IMG/VR virus record: IMGVR_UViG_3300046739_000271
Span: 1 to 47,573 of that record
Reading direction: 5' to 3' (one strand)
From: a virus
Lineage: Duplodnaviria; Caudoviricetes
Length of the DNA stretch: 47,573 nt
A program made the position numbers and the translations under genes. Shown here piece after piece: positions 9,461 to 18,850 of the stretch; the first letter of the stretch is position 1; every line of letters begins with the position of its first letter. A model generated the notes under the pieces. That model was not told the origin of the DNA, searched no databases, and was given only the letters and a program-made list of their open reading frames with translations.

Positions 9461-9885
9461 TCGGGGAGTGCCTTGCGGATTGTCTGGTGGAACGACCCGC
9501 CGCCGGTCGTGATCCGGAACCGGCCCCAGCTAAACGCGGTTCCGGCCGGATTCGTCCCGGCCAGCTCCTTCGCCTTGTCGGCTGTGGCGCAGCGCTGGAC
9601 ACGGAAGGTGTGCGTTCCGTCGGGCGTCCAGTAGTCCACGATGGGCCCGTTCGGGTCGTCGTCATGCCGGTCGGCGACCCGCAGTTCGATTCCCTTCTTG
9701 TCCAGATAGGCGACGAGCTCCTTGTGCGTCCAGTCCTTCCCTTCCGTGGCCGGTCGTGGCCCATCGCCCGCCGCGATCACGCACGCCCCGATGCCCAGCG
9801 CGCCGATCATAAAGGCGAGGCCGACGACGGCGAAGGCGAGTAGGCCGGTCCGGTAGCGGCGGCGGGTGTCGAGGTCGCGGGACAT
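9457..9885 (-). CDS. Counter-oriented membrane-anchored moron protein (142 aa)
   Basis: ATG at 9885, N-terminal TM helix (LLAFAVVGLAFMIGALGIGACVI), and TACAAT on the minus strand at 9918-9923. Confidence 0.75.
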   Translation of the reverse strand: MSRDLDTRRRYRTGLLAFAVVGLAFMIGALGIGACVIAAGDGPRPATEGKDWTHKELVAYLDKKGIELRVADRHDDDPNGPIVDYWTPDGTHTFRVQRCATADKAKELAGTNPAGTAFSWGRFRITTGGGSFHQTIRKALPD

Positions 9886-9932
9886 GGGGAGACTCACACG
9901 GGTTGAGTGTGGAAAGCATTGTATCGCGCCCG

Positions 9933-9953
9933 CGGTCGCTAAGTTCGGGTAGA
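9933..9953 (+). promoter_or_regulatory. Late promoter motif copy 3 (CGGTCG CTAAGTT CGGGT AGA)
   Basis: Motif match; positioned to restart rightward transcription after the moron, with a short leader to ATG 9970. Confidence 0.75.
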
Positions 9954-9969
9954 TACCCGAGGCTACCTC

Positions 9970-11394
9970 ATGACCATTCCGCTGACGGGAACGGGCGGCC
10001 TGTTCACCCGGCTCGGCCGGTTCGGCAAGCAGGCGCAGGACATGCGCATTTACCAGGGCACGCTGGGGACCAACTATACCTCGCTCGACGCGCAGTACGC
10101 CACTACCCGCCAGACGGACATCGACGGCATCGGTACGCAAGTCCTGAACGCCAAAACGTCTGTCGAGTCGCTGACCGTGACCGAGGCCGCCCAGGCGGCC
10201 GTGACGATGGTAGGGATGGTGCAGGATGACAACCCGACCGCCGCCGCGTCGATCCAGTCGGCCATCTCGGAACTGATCCGGCAAATGCGCGTCGCTGCCG
10301 CCAGCGTCCAGGCCTGTACGGTGACCGCCACGGCGGCGGCGTTCAGCACGCCCACGGCGAACAACGGTAACGGCGTCATCGCCGTTTCGACCAAGCGCGG
10401 CGACGGGCTCGTTCAGGAAAACCTGTTCCCCGAGACGGCCTACATCCTCTGCACCCAGGATTCGCAGACCGGCGGGGCCACCAGGGGCCAGGAACAATTC
10501 ACCTACTACGCCCAGACGGCGATTACGGACGTTTGGTCGAACCTCTACCCCGGCGGGGCCGGTGGCACACAGACCCTCTCGGCAATCGACGCCAGCGTGT
10601 ACCAGACTTCGACCGGGAACATGCTGAACAACGGCGACTTTGAGTTGTTCACGACGAACACGCCGAACCAATGGACGGTCCTCGTTGGCACGCCCGGCAC
10701 GGACTTCGCCAAGGACACCGGAACCGTTTTTGATGGGTCGGCTGATCTCAAGTTCATCGGCGGTACGGCGGTCCAGTCAAGTATCGCCCAGACGTTCAAC
10801 AGCGGGGCCGGCTCGACCGTCGTCCTCCAGCCGGACACGGTCTACGCGGTAAATTATTGGGTCAAGGCGGACGTGGTGCCCGCATCGGGCGTGCTGACCT
10901 TGGACCTCGTGGACGGGACGAATACCACGATCAACGATGACCAGGCCACGGCCAACACCTTCGCCCTGACCCTCAGCGGGATCAGTACGTCCTATGTCGC
11001 CAAGAGCACGTTTTTCCGAACGCCGCGGGCACTCCCGGCGACGCAGAAGCTACGGGTGCGAATCTCCACGGTGATCCCCGGCGGAAGCAACATCTTCTTT
11101 GACCGGCTGTCCATGACGCCGGCAACGACCCTGTACCCCGGTGGACCGATGGCCGCCATCTTCAGCGGCCAGACGACCGCTCCGTTCATCGCCAATACGT
11201 CAGCCAGCGCTCCCCCCGGCACGCCCGGCAACGGCGACGGGTTCATTCTCACGGCCACGAACAACTATGGCGGGGCCAGCAACCTATCGACCTGGCAGCA
11301 GCTTTTCGAGCGGCTGTTCGGGATGCGGGCTCTCGGGCTTGTGCTCCCCAGCAGCGGCGGCCCCACGATCGCTGACTCTCTGATAAGTACATGA
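9970..11394 (+). CDS. Virion protein with CBM/galactose-binding-like domain
   Basis: NMLNNGDFE...W...YAVNYWVK...IFFDRLS jelly-roll CBM signature; Thr/Gly-rich. Confidence 0.7.
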   Translation: MTIPLTGTGGLFTRLGRFGKQAQDMRIYQGTLGTNYTSLDAQYATTRQTDIDGIGTQVLNAKTSVESLTVTEAAQAAVTMVGMVQDDNPTAAASIQSAISELIRQMRVAAASVQACTVTATAAAFSTPTANNGNGVIAVSTKRGDGLVQENLFPETAYILCTQDSQTGGATRGQEQFTYYAQTAITDVWSNLYPGGAGGTQTLSAIDASVYQTSTGNMLNNGDFELFTTNTPNQWTVLVGTPGTDFAKDTGTVFDGSADLKFIGGTAVQSSIAQTFNSGAGSTVVLQPDTVYAVNYWVKADVVPASGVLTLDLVDGTNTTINDDQATANTFALTLSGISTSYVAKSTFFRTPRALPATQKLRVRISTVIPGGSNIFFDRLSMTPATTLYPGGPMAAIFSGQTTAPFIANTSASAPPGTPGNGDGFILTATNNYGGASNLSTWQQLFERLFGMRALGLVLPSSGGPTIADSLIST

Positions 11395-11912
11395 TCTTCG
11401 GCCTTCCCACGACGCTGCCGGCGATCCTGGACGCGATCGGCGCCCGCGCCGCCGCGTGCGTGGGTCTCGACCCGGCCTACGTCTTCCCGTCGCTGGACCT
11501 CGGGGACATGGCCGCGATCGGCGCCCCGACCGATGTTTTTATCGCCCTCACCCCGCTAAGCGGGATGGTCGAACAAGGCGACGTGATGGGCGGCGGACCG
11601 GATGCCCTGTCGATCGACGCCACGCTCGCCGTGGAACTGTGGACGCGGGTCGAAGTAGACGAGAGCTATCGTGACACGGCGGCCCTGAAGGACGCCACGT
11701 TCGGCATCCTGGCCCGCTGGCGGCTGTTGCTCAACCGCAACACCGGCTTGCAACTGTTCGCCCCGGTGGCCGTCGCGGGTGCCCAGCAAAGCATCCTGAA
11801 GGAACCGATGCGGCTGATTGACTGGTCGCTCCGGCCGCGCATCCCGGCGGCCGGCTGGGTCAAGCATGTCAGCCGGTGGCAGGTCAAGTACCTGGAGGAC
11901 ACCACGAACTAA
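11391..11912 (+). CDS. Putative tail completion/terminator-like protein
   Basis: Size, alpha/beta pattern and ATGA overlap; the function is inferred only. Confidence 0.5.
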   Translation: MIFGLPTTLPAILDAIGARAAACVGLDPAYVFPSLDLGDMAAIGAPTDVFIALTPLSGMVEQGDVMGGGPDALSIDATLAVELWTRVEVDESYRDTAALKDATFGILARWRLLLNRNTGLQLFAPVAVAGAQQSILKEPMRLIDWSLRPRIPAAGWVKHVSRWQVKYLEDTTN

Positions 11913-13513
11913 TGGCAGCGTTCCAACTCGCCTTCGGCCGTCCCAATCTCCAACTTCCCTTCGTCATGCCGACAGTGGAGTTATTGGACAGGGTACGCCA
12001 ATGGCTGAAGGTCGATTCAAACACACTGATCAAGACGAGTTACCCGCCCAGCTCGGACCTGGACCAACTGGCGAACGGCGGCCGGCCATTCCCGCCGGAG
12101 ATCGGCCTCTACGAACTATACATCCCGTCCGGGGTGAGCCGGTTCGGGTTCTTTCGCGGCCTGATGGACGCGGCCACGATCGCGATCCTGACCGGTACAA
12201 GTTCGTCGTCCGTCTTCTCCACTTCCGGCGGCACCCTACCAGACGTGGCCCAGGGCAAACTGTACATGAGCGTGGATGGGGTCACGACCATTCAGCGGTT
12301 TATGTACATGCTGCCGCCGCAGCCCCTCGTCGGAATCAACGGCGGCACGGACCTGTTCCTCGTTACGCTGGTTGACTTCCGCTACTTCGCCAACTTCGGA
12401 TCGGTGACGAATGCCGACGGGAATTGGGGCTCGACCGGAACGACGGGGAACAAGTGGGGCGACCTGATCCTCCGGGCCGTCAATGCAGCCCTGGCCTCCG
12501 TATCTACGACAACTTCCGGTGTCTGGCCCCCCGAATCGGTATACGGCCAGCCGGACATCGACAGCGACTTCTACACCTACTTCGGGCCGCCTGACTCCGT
12601 TGCCGAGGCGGCACTATGGAACGTCGGGCGGACGATGTCCGCCGACTACGTCATCATCCGATGGTCAGACGCTTCCGGGTTCGCCACGGCGGCACGGGCG
12701 GCGGCGGCCCCGAACAAGATTGCCGGCGGCCAGTTCTGGAACCCGCTTCAATCCGGCGCGACGGAGTTTCGGACCGGCCCGGTCATGCCGAACTCGATCA
12801 CCACGGTATTTCCGTTCTGGTACGACGGCTACGGGTATTACGATGCTTTGAGCGCGATTGGCAGTGCCCATTCCGACGACGCCGACCCGCGCACCCACTC
12901 CGGAGACGGGGAGTACGGAAACGTCCAGTCCCAGACTTACGGGCCAGCCGACCTGGGTAGCCCGTATACGTCTCTCGTGGTGACGCCCGGCACGATCAAC
13001 GCGAACAACTTGACCCTGCGGACCACGGCCAAGGCGGTTTTCGATACCGCCACCGGATTGTGGAATTCGGCAAATAAAACCGCCCTCCAGGCGCTGGCCC
13101 TCCAACTGACCAAAGACTTCTACGACTACCAACTACAGAACTTTGTCGAGACGTACCGGGGGCTGGTGTCATTCGATTCCCGCGCCTGCCTGGACGTGGT
13201 CTACAGCTATTGGCCGGAGCCGATGACGCGGGTGAGTCGTCGGCCGTTCAACGACTACCCGACCCAATTCGGGCACGGGCTCAGCGACATAACCGTCGCT
13301 GAGCGCGTCCAGATTGTCCACATCACGGGTGTGCAAAGCGGGGGCTTTTGGCCGGCCGTGATCGCACCGGGAGGCACGTCAACAGGCGTCGTCGTCAACG
13401 TTAAAGACGCGAACAACTCCACGCTGACCGTCGGTCTTAATTATCTGGCGATCCGGGCTAAGGCGCCGGGCTCGGCGTCGCCGGTTCCGCTCTACTACAC
13501 CTGCAAAGATTAG
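11912..13513 (+). CDS. Putative tail tip/baseplate protein
   Basis: TAATG overlap start at 11912; last gene of the structural block. Confidence 0.6.
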   Translation: MAAFQLAFGRPNLQLPFVMPTVELLDRVRQWLKVDSNTLIKTSYPPSSDLDQLANGGRPFPPEIGLYELYIPSGVSRFGFFRGLMDAATIAILTGTSSSSVFSTSGGTLPDVAQGKLYMSVDGVTTIQRFMYMLPPQPLVGINGGTDLFLVTLVDFRYFANFGSVTNADGNWGSTGTTGNKWGDLILRAVNAALASVSTTTSGVWPPESVYGQPDIDSDFYTYFGPPDSVAEAALWNVGRTMSADYVIIRWSDASGFATAARAAAAPNKIAGGQFWNPLQSGATEFRTGPVMPNSITTVFPFWYDGYGYYDALSAIGSAHSDDADPRTHSGDGEYGNVQSQTYGPADLGSPYTSLVVTPGTINANNLTLRTTAKAVFDTATGLWNSANKTALQALALQLTKDFYDYQLQNFVETYRGLVSFDSRACLDVVYSYWPEPMTRVSRRPFNDYPTQFGHGLSDITVAERVQIVHITGVQSGGFWPAVIAPGGTSTGVVVNVKDANNSTLTVGLNYLAIRAKAPGSASPVPLYYTCKD

Positions 13514-13534
13514 GGCCTCCGAGTGGCCGGGTGA

Positions 13535-13555
13535 CGGTCTCTAAGTTCGGGCATG
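13535..13555 (+). promoter_or_regulatory. Late promoter motif copy 4 (CGGTCT CTAAGTT CGGGC ATG)
   Basis: Motif match abutting the ATG. Confidence 0.75.
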
Positions 13556-14155
13556 GGCCGAACGTTCCCGACCCCGCGCCCGTCCACCTTCGACCGCAAC
13601 CGGCCCGGTTCGTCCGTTTTTCTTCGTGAGCGTGCCCGTCCCGAGCCGCCACCCTTGCCCGGCACCCGCAAGCGGCCCGGCGGTGGACCACCACCGATCC
13701 CGTCAAGCCACGTCAACCTCGACCGGCTCGGCACCGGGGCGCGGTTCAAGTCGAACCGGCTGACTTGGCTGACGAGCGGGTCGGAGACGGCGGCCCCGCT
13801 AGGCGATTGGGTGGACATGGTGTCCACCTGGGTGCTGCGGTCGAAGTACGACAGCTACGTCTACCTGTTCGGCGACCAAGGCCTCGGGGACTGGACGGTT
13901 GAGTTCCTGAACGGGGCCGAAGTCGTCTACCACGATACCCCCGCCTCGATCTGGAACGAGTTCTTTAACTCTTCAAGCAAGGGCATGTTCATCTACTACC
14001 GGTGCAAGGAAGAGGGCCGGCCTTACGAGTTGATCCGCGAGGGGACGCGGACCGTCACGGCGAAGCAGAAGAAGATTCGCGACGCGACCCGCAACGAGGG
14101 CAGCCGGGCGTTCGGGTTCTTGATGGAAATGGTCCGCGGCGGGAGGGTGTCTTAA
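13553..14155 (+). CDS. KTSC domain-containing protein
   Basis: VEFLNGAEVVYHDTPASIWNEFFNSSSKGMFIY matches the KTSC consensus. Confidence 0.75.
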   Translation: MGRTFPTPRPSTFDRNRPGSSVFLRERARPEPPPLPGTRKRPGGGPPPIPSSHVNLDRLGTGARFKSNRLTWLTSGSETAAPLGDWVDMVSTWVLRSKYDSYVYLFGDQGLGDWTVEFLNGAEVVYHDTPASIWNEFFNSSSKGMFIYYRCKEEGRPYELIREGTRTVTAKQKKIRDATRNEGSRAFGFLMEMVRGGRVS

Positions 14156-14156
14156 C

Positions 14157-14354
14157 GTGTCTCTTCTCATCTTCGTCCGAGACGATCGGGGCAAGGGCCG
14201 GTCGTGGCCGCCGCCAGTCCCGGACCAGCCGCCGCTGCCGTGGGAAGCCGTCCTGTACGACTGCCCGCAGTGCGGACACGAACATTTAGTGACCGTGGGC
14301 GAATGCCCCGAAGACGGCCCTCGGAGTCACCACGATGCTCCTGGCGGTGAGTGA
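14157..14354 (+). CDS. Small zinc-ribbon protein
   Basis: YDCPQCGHEH motif; packing between neighbours. Confidence 0.5.
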   Translation: MSLLIFVRDDRGKGRSWPPPVPDQPPLPWEAVLYDCPQCGHEHLVTVGECPEDGPRSHHDAPGGE

Positions 14355-14760
14355 CATCGTCTGGCAGGCTCTCATTGCCGCGGGCGTGACCGTCGTCCTG
14401 GCGTGGATCGGTCGGCGGGCGCAGATAGCCGCCACGAGTGCCGAGACCAAGACGGAAGAAGTCAAGACCACCCTCAAGGCCACGAACGCCGAGGTCGGCG
14501 ACAAACTCGACGGCATCGCCAAGGTGGGCGAGGCGACCCACGTGCTGGTCAACAACAACATGGCGATTCAGCTTCGGCTGAATGCCGTCCTCGCCCGCCG
14601 GCTGGCGGACGCGCCCGGGGCAACGCCGGCAGACCGCGCGGCGGCGGACGCGGCGGATCGGCTCCTCGCCGAGCATCTTGCCAAACAGGATAGGGTTGAC
14701 GCGACCGCGCTGACGAACGCCCGCCCGCTGGGCCCGCCCGTGAAAGGTGGTGGATCGTGA
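14347..14760 (+). CDS. Membrane-anchored protein (lysis cassette candidate)
   Basis: N-terminal TM followed by a helical tail (THVLVN motif). Confidence 0.65.
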   Translation: MSDIVWQALIAAGVTVVLAWIGRRAQIAATSAETKTEEVKTTLKATNAEVGDKLDGIAKVGEATHVLVNNNMAIQLRLNAVLARRLADAPGATPADRAAADAADRLLAEHLAKQDRVDATALTNARPLGPPVKGGGS

Positions 14761-14948
14761 CAATCTGGCTTGTGGTGTGGGTGGTATTGATGCTCTTTTG
14801 GCTGTTCTTCGGCTCGTACTACTCCTGGGACGCGGCCCGGCCCTACGGGATCGGCACGACGGTCATCCCGTGGCTGTGCGTTCTGATTCTGGGTCTCGTC
14901 GTCTTCGGAGCCATCGACGCGCGGCCGGCCGCCGTCATTGTCCGCTGA
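14757..14948 (+). CDS. Small 2-TM protein, holin-like
   Basis: 63 aa with two hydrophobic helices. Confidence 0.6.
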   Translation: MTIWLVVWVVLMLFWLFFGSYYSWDAARPYGIGTTVIPWLCVLILGLVVFGAIDARPAAVIVR

Positions 14949-14960
14949 TGGAGCTCGCCC

Positions 14961-15425
14961 GTGTCCCTCCTGGGCGACGCTGCCGCCGTCATTGAATGGG
15001 GTGGGGCTGTGGGGGGGCTCATCACGGTCGTCGGCGGCGCGGGCGTGGGCCTGTGGTACTTGTTCCGGTCCAAGCGCGTCGAGTTGGCGAAAGAGTCGTT
15101 CGCGGCCCAGCGGGAGGAGACGGCGGCCGTCACGGCGGCGGAAAAGGTCAAGCGCGACGAGGCGATTGGCGCACTCGGCAACATCATCGAGGATCTGCGC
15201 GGCCAGGTCGAACGCCAGTCCGAGCGCTACGAGAAATTGCAGTCGAGCGTGATCAGCATCCGCAAGGCGGACATCCGGGACATGGACGAGGTGAAGGCCC
15301 AGCTCCACGAGTGCGAGAAACGGCACGCGGTGCTCGAATCGAAGTACGCCGACATGCAAACGGAGTTGGACGAGACCCGGAAACGGCTGTGGGTACTCGA
15401 ACATGCCCCGCCTTCTGATCGTTGA
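14961..15425 (+). CDS. TM plus coiled-coil protein
   Basis: GGAG SD, N-terminal TM, heptad-rich remainder. Confidence 0.7.
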   Translation: MSLLGDAAAVIEWGGAVGGLITVVGGAGVGLWYLFRSKRVELAKESFAAQREETAAVTAAEKVKRDEAIGALGNIIEDLRGQVERQSERYEKLQSSVISIRKADIRDMDEVKAQLHECEKRHAVLESKYADMQTELDETRKRLWVLEHAPPSDR

Positions 15426-15720
15426 CGATGCCGAACCGGGGGTGGAACTGACCGGCCCCTATCCCACGGACGAGGAGCTAGTCCGGGCTGGCCGACAGGC
15501 GCTGGAGGCAAGAGCGGTGGCCACGCTATTCCGGTCGATCCGGGAGGGGTTAGAACGCCAGCGGGAACTGGTGAATCAGGCGGCGAAGGTGATGGCGTCG
15601 CTCGTGGTGCTGTTGGTCATCGGCTGGACCTGGCAACGGGCGGAAGTCGAGTCCATGCGGCACCAAGGCGAGGCTAGTGCCCTGGCGTGGTGGGCGGCTC
15701 AGCCGCCCGACAGCCGGTGA
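15403..15720 (+). CDS. Hypothetical membrane protein
   Basis: One TM helix; overlaps the previous stop. Confidence 0.55.
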   Translation: MPRLLIVDDAEPGVELTGPYPTDEELVRAGRQALEARAVATLFRSIREGLERQRELVNQAAKVMASLVVLLVIGWTWQRAEVESMRHQGEASALAWWAAQPPDSR

Positions 15721-16075
15721 TGAGGACATGAAAATCGTACCCCGGAAACTCGCGCGACTGACCGTCCACGACCTTGCCCCGACAGGTGCCGACGAGCCAG
15801 ATGACGGACCGGATCGGCGGCGGCTCGCCCTCGAATTCGCAGACAATCAGGGCGGGACTTTTCGGGCTGGATATGTGCCAGTGCAACTCGTACCCCGACC
15901 GCACTGGATTGGTCAAGGCGATGTGGATGGGCTGCCCGTCGTAGGCGCGGGCGGCGGTTCGGGGGTCATCGAGATAGAACCGGGCCAGGTGAGGCGCCGC
16001 CACGACGAGGGGCTTGTCCCGCGCGGGGCACCCGACGACGAGGGCGATGACGGGCAAAATGAGGGCGCGTTTCAT
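15674..16075 (-). CDS. Counter-oriented lipoprotein, tRNA_anti-like OB-fold
   Basis: MKRALILPVIALVVGC lipobox; Y.DD...A.RAYDGQPI...IVCEF...LVGTCRG pattern. Confidence 0.65.
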   Translation of the reverse strand: MKRALILPVIALVVGCPARDKPLVVAAPHLARFYLDDPRTAARAYDGQPIHIALTNPVRSGYELHWHISSPKSPALIVCEFEGEPPPIRSVIWLVGTCRGKVVDGQSREFPGYDFHVLITGCRAAEPPTTPGH

Positions 16076-16289
16076 GACTGACACCACTGCGACGGGATGC
16101 TTGACTTTACCACCTTACCCGGCCGGGGCCGGTCCGGGTTGCATTCTCTGGAGTGACGGGATCCACCTGCATTGGTCCGACCCGCCATCGGGCGTGGGGC
16201 AGATATTGACGTGGAGCGGAACGGAGTGGGTGCCGACCAACCCGGCGGCCGCTCCGACCCCGGCGGCCCAGCCGAAGAAGAAGAAGTGA
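16074..16289 (+). CDS. Hypothetical protein
   Basis: GAGG SD; GQILTWSGTEWVP is a motif seen in phage fiber repeats. Confidence 0.6.
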   Translation: MTDTTATGCLTLPPYPAGAGPGCILWSDGIHLHWSDPPSGVGQILTWSGTEWVPTNPAAAPTPAAQPKKKK

Positions 16290-16352
16290 CCACCCAGCCC
16301 CGCTAGCCGACCATTGGGAGAGTGGGCAGCGGCGGCGGGTGCCCGGGTGATT

Positions 16353-16451
16353 GCTGTCGGGGCGGGCACGGCGACCCGCGTGGATGATGTTCAGCCGGAA
16401 ACATTATTGCTCGGAAACCCGGCGAATCCGGTTCGACTCCGGACGACAGCT
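16353..16451 (+). ncRNA. tRNA-like RNA 1 (non-canonical cloverleaf)
   Basis: Acceptor GCTGTCG/CGACAGC; D-like GCGGG-CACGGCGA-CCCGC; 9-bp stem with 8-nt loop; variable arm; T arm TCCGG-TTCGACT-CCGGA. Confidence 0.8.
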
Positions 16452-16471
16452 TCAGTAACGGGAGGAATCCG

Positions 16472-16795
16472 ATGCGACTATTGACCCGCCGTCCGCCCCC
16501 CGTCGACTACGGACCGGCACTGGCCGAGGCACGCAGCCGAATCGCCATCCTGGAAATGGAGAATTCCCGGTTGGAAGACGTGTGCGAGCGGCGGCGGCAG
16601 ACGATCGAACGCCTGACCGAGGAGCGGGACGCGGCCTGGCAGGACACCAGCGAGGCCCGCGCTCAGGTCTCGGACCTGACGGCCCGGCTGGACGCGGCCC
16701 GCGAGGCGAAGGACGCCGTTGTGGCGTCGCTCGCATTTGCCGCCGAAGCGGTCACGAGCGAACTGGCGAAGTATCAGTCACGACGAACACCGTGA
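16472..16795 (+). CDS. Coiled-coil hypothetical protein
   Basis: GGAGG SD; heptad pattern. Confidence 0.7.
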   Translation: MRLLTRRPPPVDYGPALAEARSRIAILEMENSRLEDVCERRRQTIERLTEERDAAWQDTSEARAQVSDLTARLDAAREAKDAVVASLAFAAEAVTSELAKYQSRRTP

Positions 16796-16802
16796 GGACC
16801 AC

Positions 16803-17264
16803 ATGACGCCCGACGAAATCAAGCAAGTAGCGGCCCAACTTGCCGTGCACCTCAAAGCCGATCCGGCGGTCATCGGTCCGAACGGGAACCGAGTCCTCCG
16901 GGCGGCAGCCGATCCGGTCGCCCCGAGCCCGTGGGCCAACGTGGACTGGCACAAGTTACTCCAGACGGTCGGAACCGTGTTTATCACGATGGTGGTTGTC
17001 CCGGTCCTGGCCTACTACGGGTATAACCTGCCGTCGAACGCGGAGGCCGCCAAGAAGGACGCGGCGGCGGCCGTCCAGCAGAGCGAGAAGAATTCCGCCG
17101 AGATCAAGACCGCCCACGCGGAGAACGTGGCCAGCGTCGAAGCCGTTCACCAGGACGTGAAGGCGACCGGCCAGAAGGTATTGGCCGTTGACAGGCGGGT
17201 TGCCGATGCCGCCAAGGCCGCGGCCAAGAAGCCGGACGGCGATTCCGTACCCATCCCGAAGTAA
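16803..17264 (+). CDS. TM plus coiled-coil protein (spanin-like topology)
   Basis: GAGGA SD, ATG at 16803, single TM followed by an Ala/Lys-rich helix. Confidence 0.65.
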   Translation: MTPDEIKQVAAQLAVHLKADPAVIGPNGNRVLRAAADPVAPSPWANVDWHKLLQTVGTVFITMVVVPVLAYYGYNLPSNAEAAKKDAAAAVQQSEKNSAEIKTAHAENVASVEAVHQDVKATGQKVLAVDRRVADAAKAAAKKPDGDSVPIPK

Positions 17265-17272
17265 GGGGCACC

Positions 17273-18061
17273 ATGCGCACGCTGTTCGTCGCTTTGATCC
17301 TCGCCGGCCCGCTGGCGGCCCAAACGGTCCAGGTCCCCCGCGCGGACCCCGCGCCGATCACCGGTCCGCGGTCGGTCTCCGTCGCACCCGGCGAGACGAC
17401 GACATTCACCCTCAAGACGACGGCCACGCTCCAGTGGTCGGGCCGCATCGGGCACGACGTATTCACCGCAACGTCAACCACGGTGCCGGGTGGGCTTCAG
17501 TTTGCCGTCACGGGAACCGCTCTCGGGATCGGGCACCTGGTTGTCGTCACCGACCGGGTGATCGAGGTCGAGGTCGTGGTCACGGGGGTCAGGCCGACGC
17601 CGGTGCCACCAGTGCCGAACCCAACTCCTGACCCGACGCCCGTCCCGCCCACGCCGGGCCCAACGCCGGACCCGACACCGCCGACACCGGTCCCACCGAC
17701 ACCCACTCCACCGACGCCAGTCCCGCCGACGCCGACGCCCACGCCGACAAAGTTGTGGGGGATCGTCATCATCGAGGAGACGGCCGACGCGGTCGGGACG
17801 CGCGGGGCGTTCCTGGCCGACAAGGCATTCGCCGACTACCGCGCCGCGAACGGGCTCAAGTTCCGCGTGGTTGATAAGGACGTGGTCGGGGCGGACGGCA
17901 AGCCGCCGGCAGACGTGGTTCCGTTCCTCAACGATGCGAAGGCGAAGGCGCTGCCGATGGTCTACCTCGTGGACCTGAAGGGCAAGACGGTCCACTCCGA
18001 ACCGGTCCCGGCGACGCCGGCCGCAATGATCGCACTACTCAAACAGTGGAGTACGCAGTGA
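17273..18061 (+). CDS. Exported protein with Pro-Thr linker and thioredoxin-like C-terminal domain
   Basis: Signal peptide; PTPVPP/PTPDP repeats at about 17595-17745; LPMVYLVD..GKTV pattern without CxxC. Confidence 0.7.
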   Translation: MRTLFVALILAGPLAAQTVQVPRADPAPITGPRSVSVAPGETTTFTLKTTATLQWSGRIGHDVFTATSTTVPGGLQFAVTGTALGIGHLVVVTDRVIEVEVVVTGVRPTPVPPVPNPTPDPTPVPPTPGPTPDPTPPTPVPPTPTPPTPVPPTPTPTPTKLWGIVIIEETADAVGTRGAFLADKAFADYRAANGLKFRVVDKDVVGADGKPPADVVPFLNDAKAKALPMVYLVDLKGKTVHSEPVPATPAAMIALLKQWSTQ

Positions 18062-18849
18062 GCGGGCAAGCGACGATCACACTCCCGGACGGGACGCAGC
18101 GGCGACTCGGCAACAACCCGCCGCCGGTCAGTCACGTCCCGAAGTTGTTCCCCGAGTTCGGCACGACGCCGACGACCACCCTCATTCCGCGGTCGCAATG
18201 GCAGCCGGTTGACCTGTCCCGGTTCCGTTCGCCGATCAAGGACCAGGACGGCGAGGGCGCGTGCAATGCGTTCGATTCGATCTACATCCTTGAAGCCTGC
18301 CGGCGGTTGCAAGGACTGCCCGACGTGCTGCTGTCGCCCGGTTACTTGTACGGTCACATCAACGGCGGGTCCGATGACGGGTCGCTGTTGGAAGACGCGA
18401 TGGCGTCCCTGATGACGCTCGGCACCTGTACGGCCGCGACGGTTCCGGAACTCGACTGGCGCAACCGGCCGCCAGCGGCGGCGACCGAGGCCCTCAAGTA
18501 CCGGGCGTTGGAAGTGCTCGTCTGCCCGACGTTCGACCACATGGCCAGCGCGATCCTACAAGGGTTTTTCGTGTCGAGCGGTTTGTCCTGGTGCGACAAC
18601 TTCACCCCCGGGGCGGACGGGTGGCTGCCGATGCGGGGCAACAATTCGGTCGGCGGTCATGCGGTCGCTCGGGACCAACTCGCCACCAAGGGCGGCGTCT
18701 GGGGGCTGGGCGGCCCGAACTCGTGGGGGCCGTCATGGGGATTGGCCGGGGGGATGTTCATTGCCGAGAGCCTCTACGACAACCAGATCGGCGGCTTCTG
18801 GGCGATCCGGTCGGTCGTTGACGAGGGTGGGCAGGTCCCGACATCTTGA
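18058..18849 (+). CDS. Papain-like (C1) cysteine peptidase
   Basis: IKDQDGEGACNAF (Q, C), GGHAV (H), PNSWG (N). Confidence 0.9.
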   Translation: MSGQATITLPDGTQRRLGNNPPPVSHVPKLFPEFGTTPTTTLIPRSQWQPVDLSRFRSPIKDQDGEGACNAFDSIYILEACRRLQGLPDVLLSPGYLYGHINGGSDDGSLLEDAMASLMTLGTCTAATVPELDWRNRPPAAATEALKYRALEVLVCPTFDHMASAILQGFFVSSGLSWCDNFTPGADGWLPMRGNNSVGGHAVARDQLATKGGVWGLGGPNSWGPSWGLAGGMFIAESLYDNQIGGFWAIRSVVDEGGQVPTS

Positions 18850-18850
18850 A

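Noticed and set aside
9886-10671. Long N-terminal extension of the minus-strand ORF 9457-10671
   Set aside because: Overlaps the real plus-strand gene; the protein-like part begins at ATG 9885.
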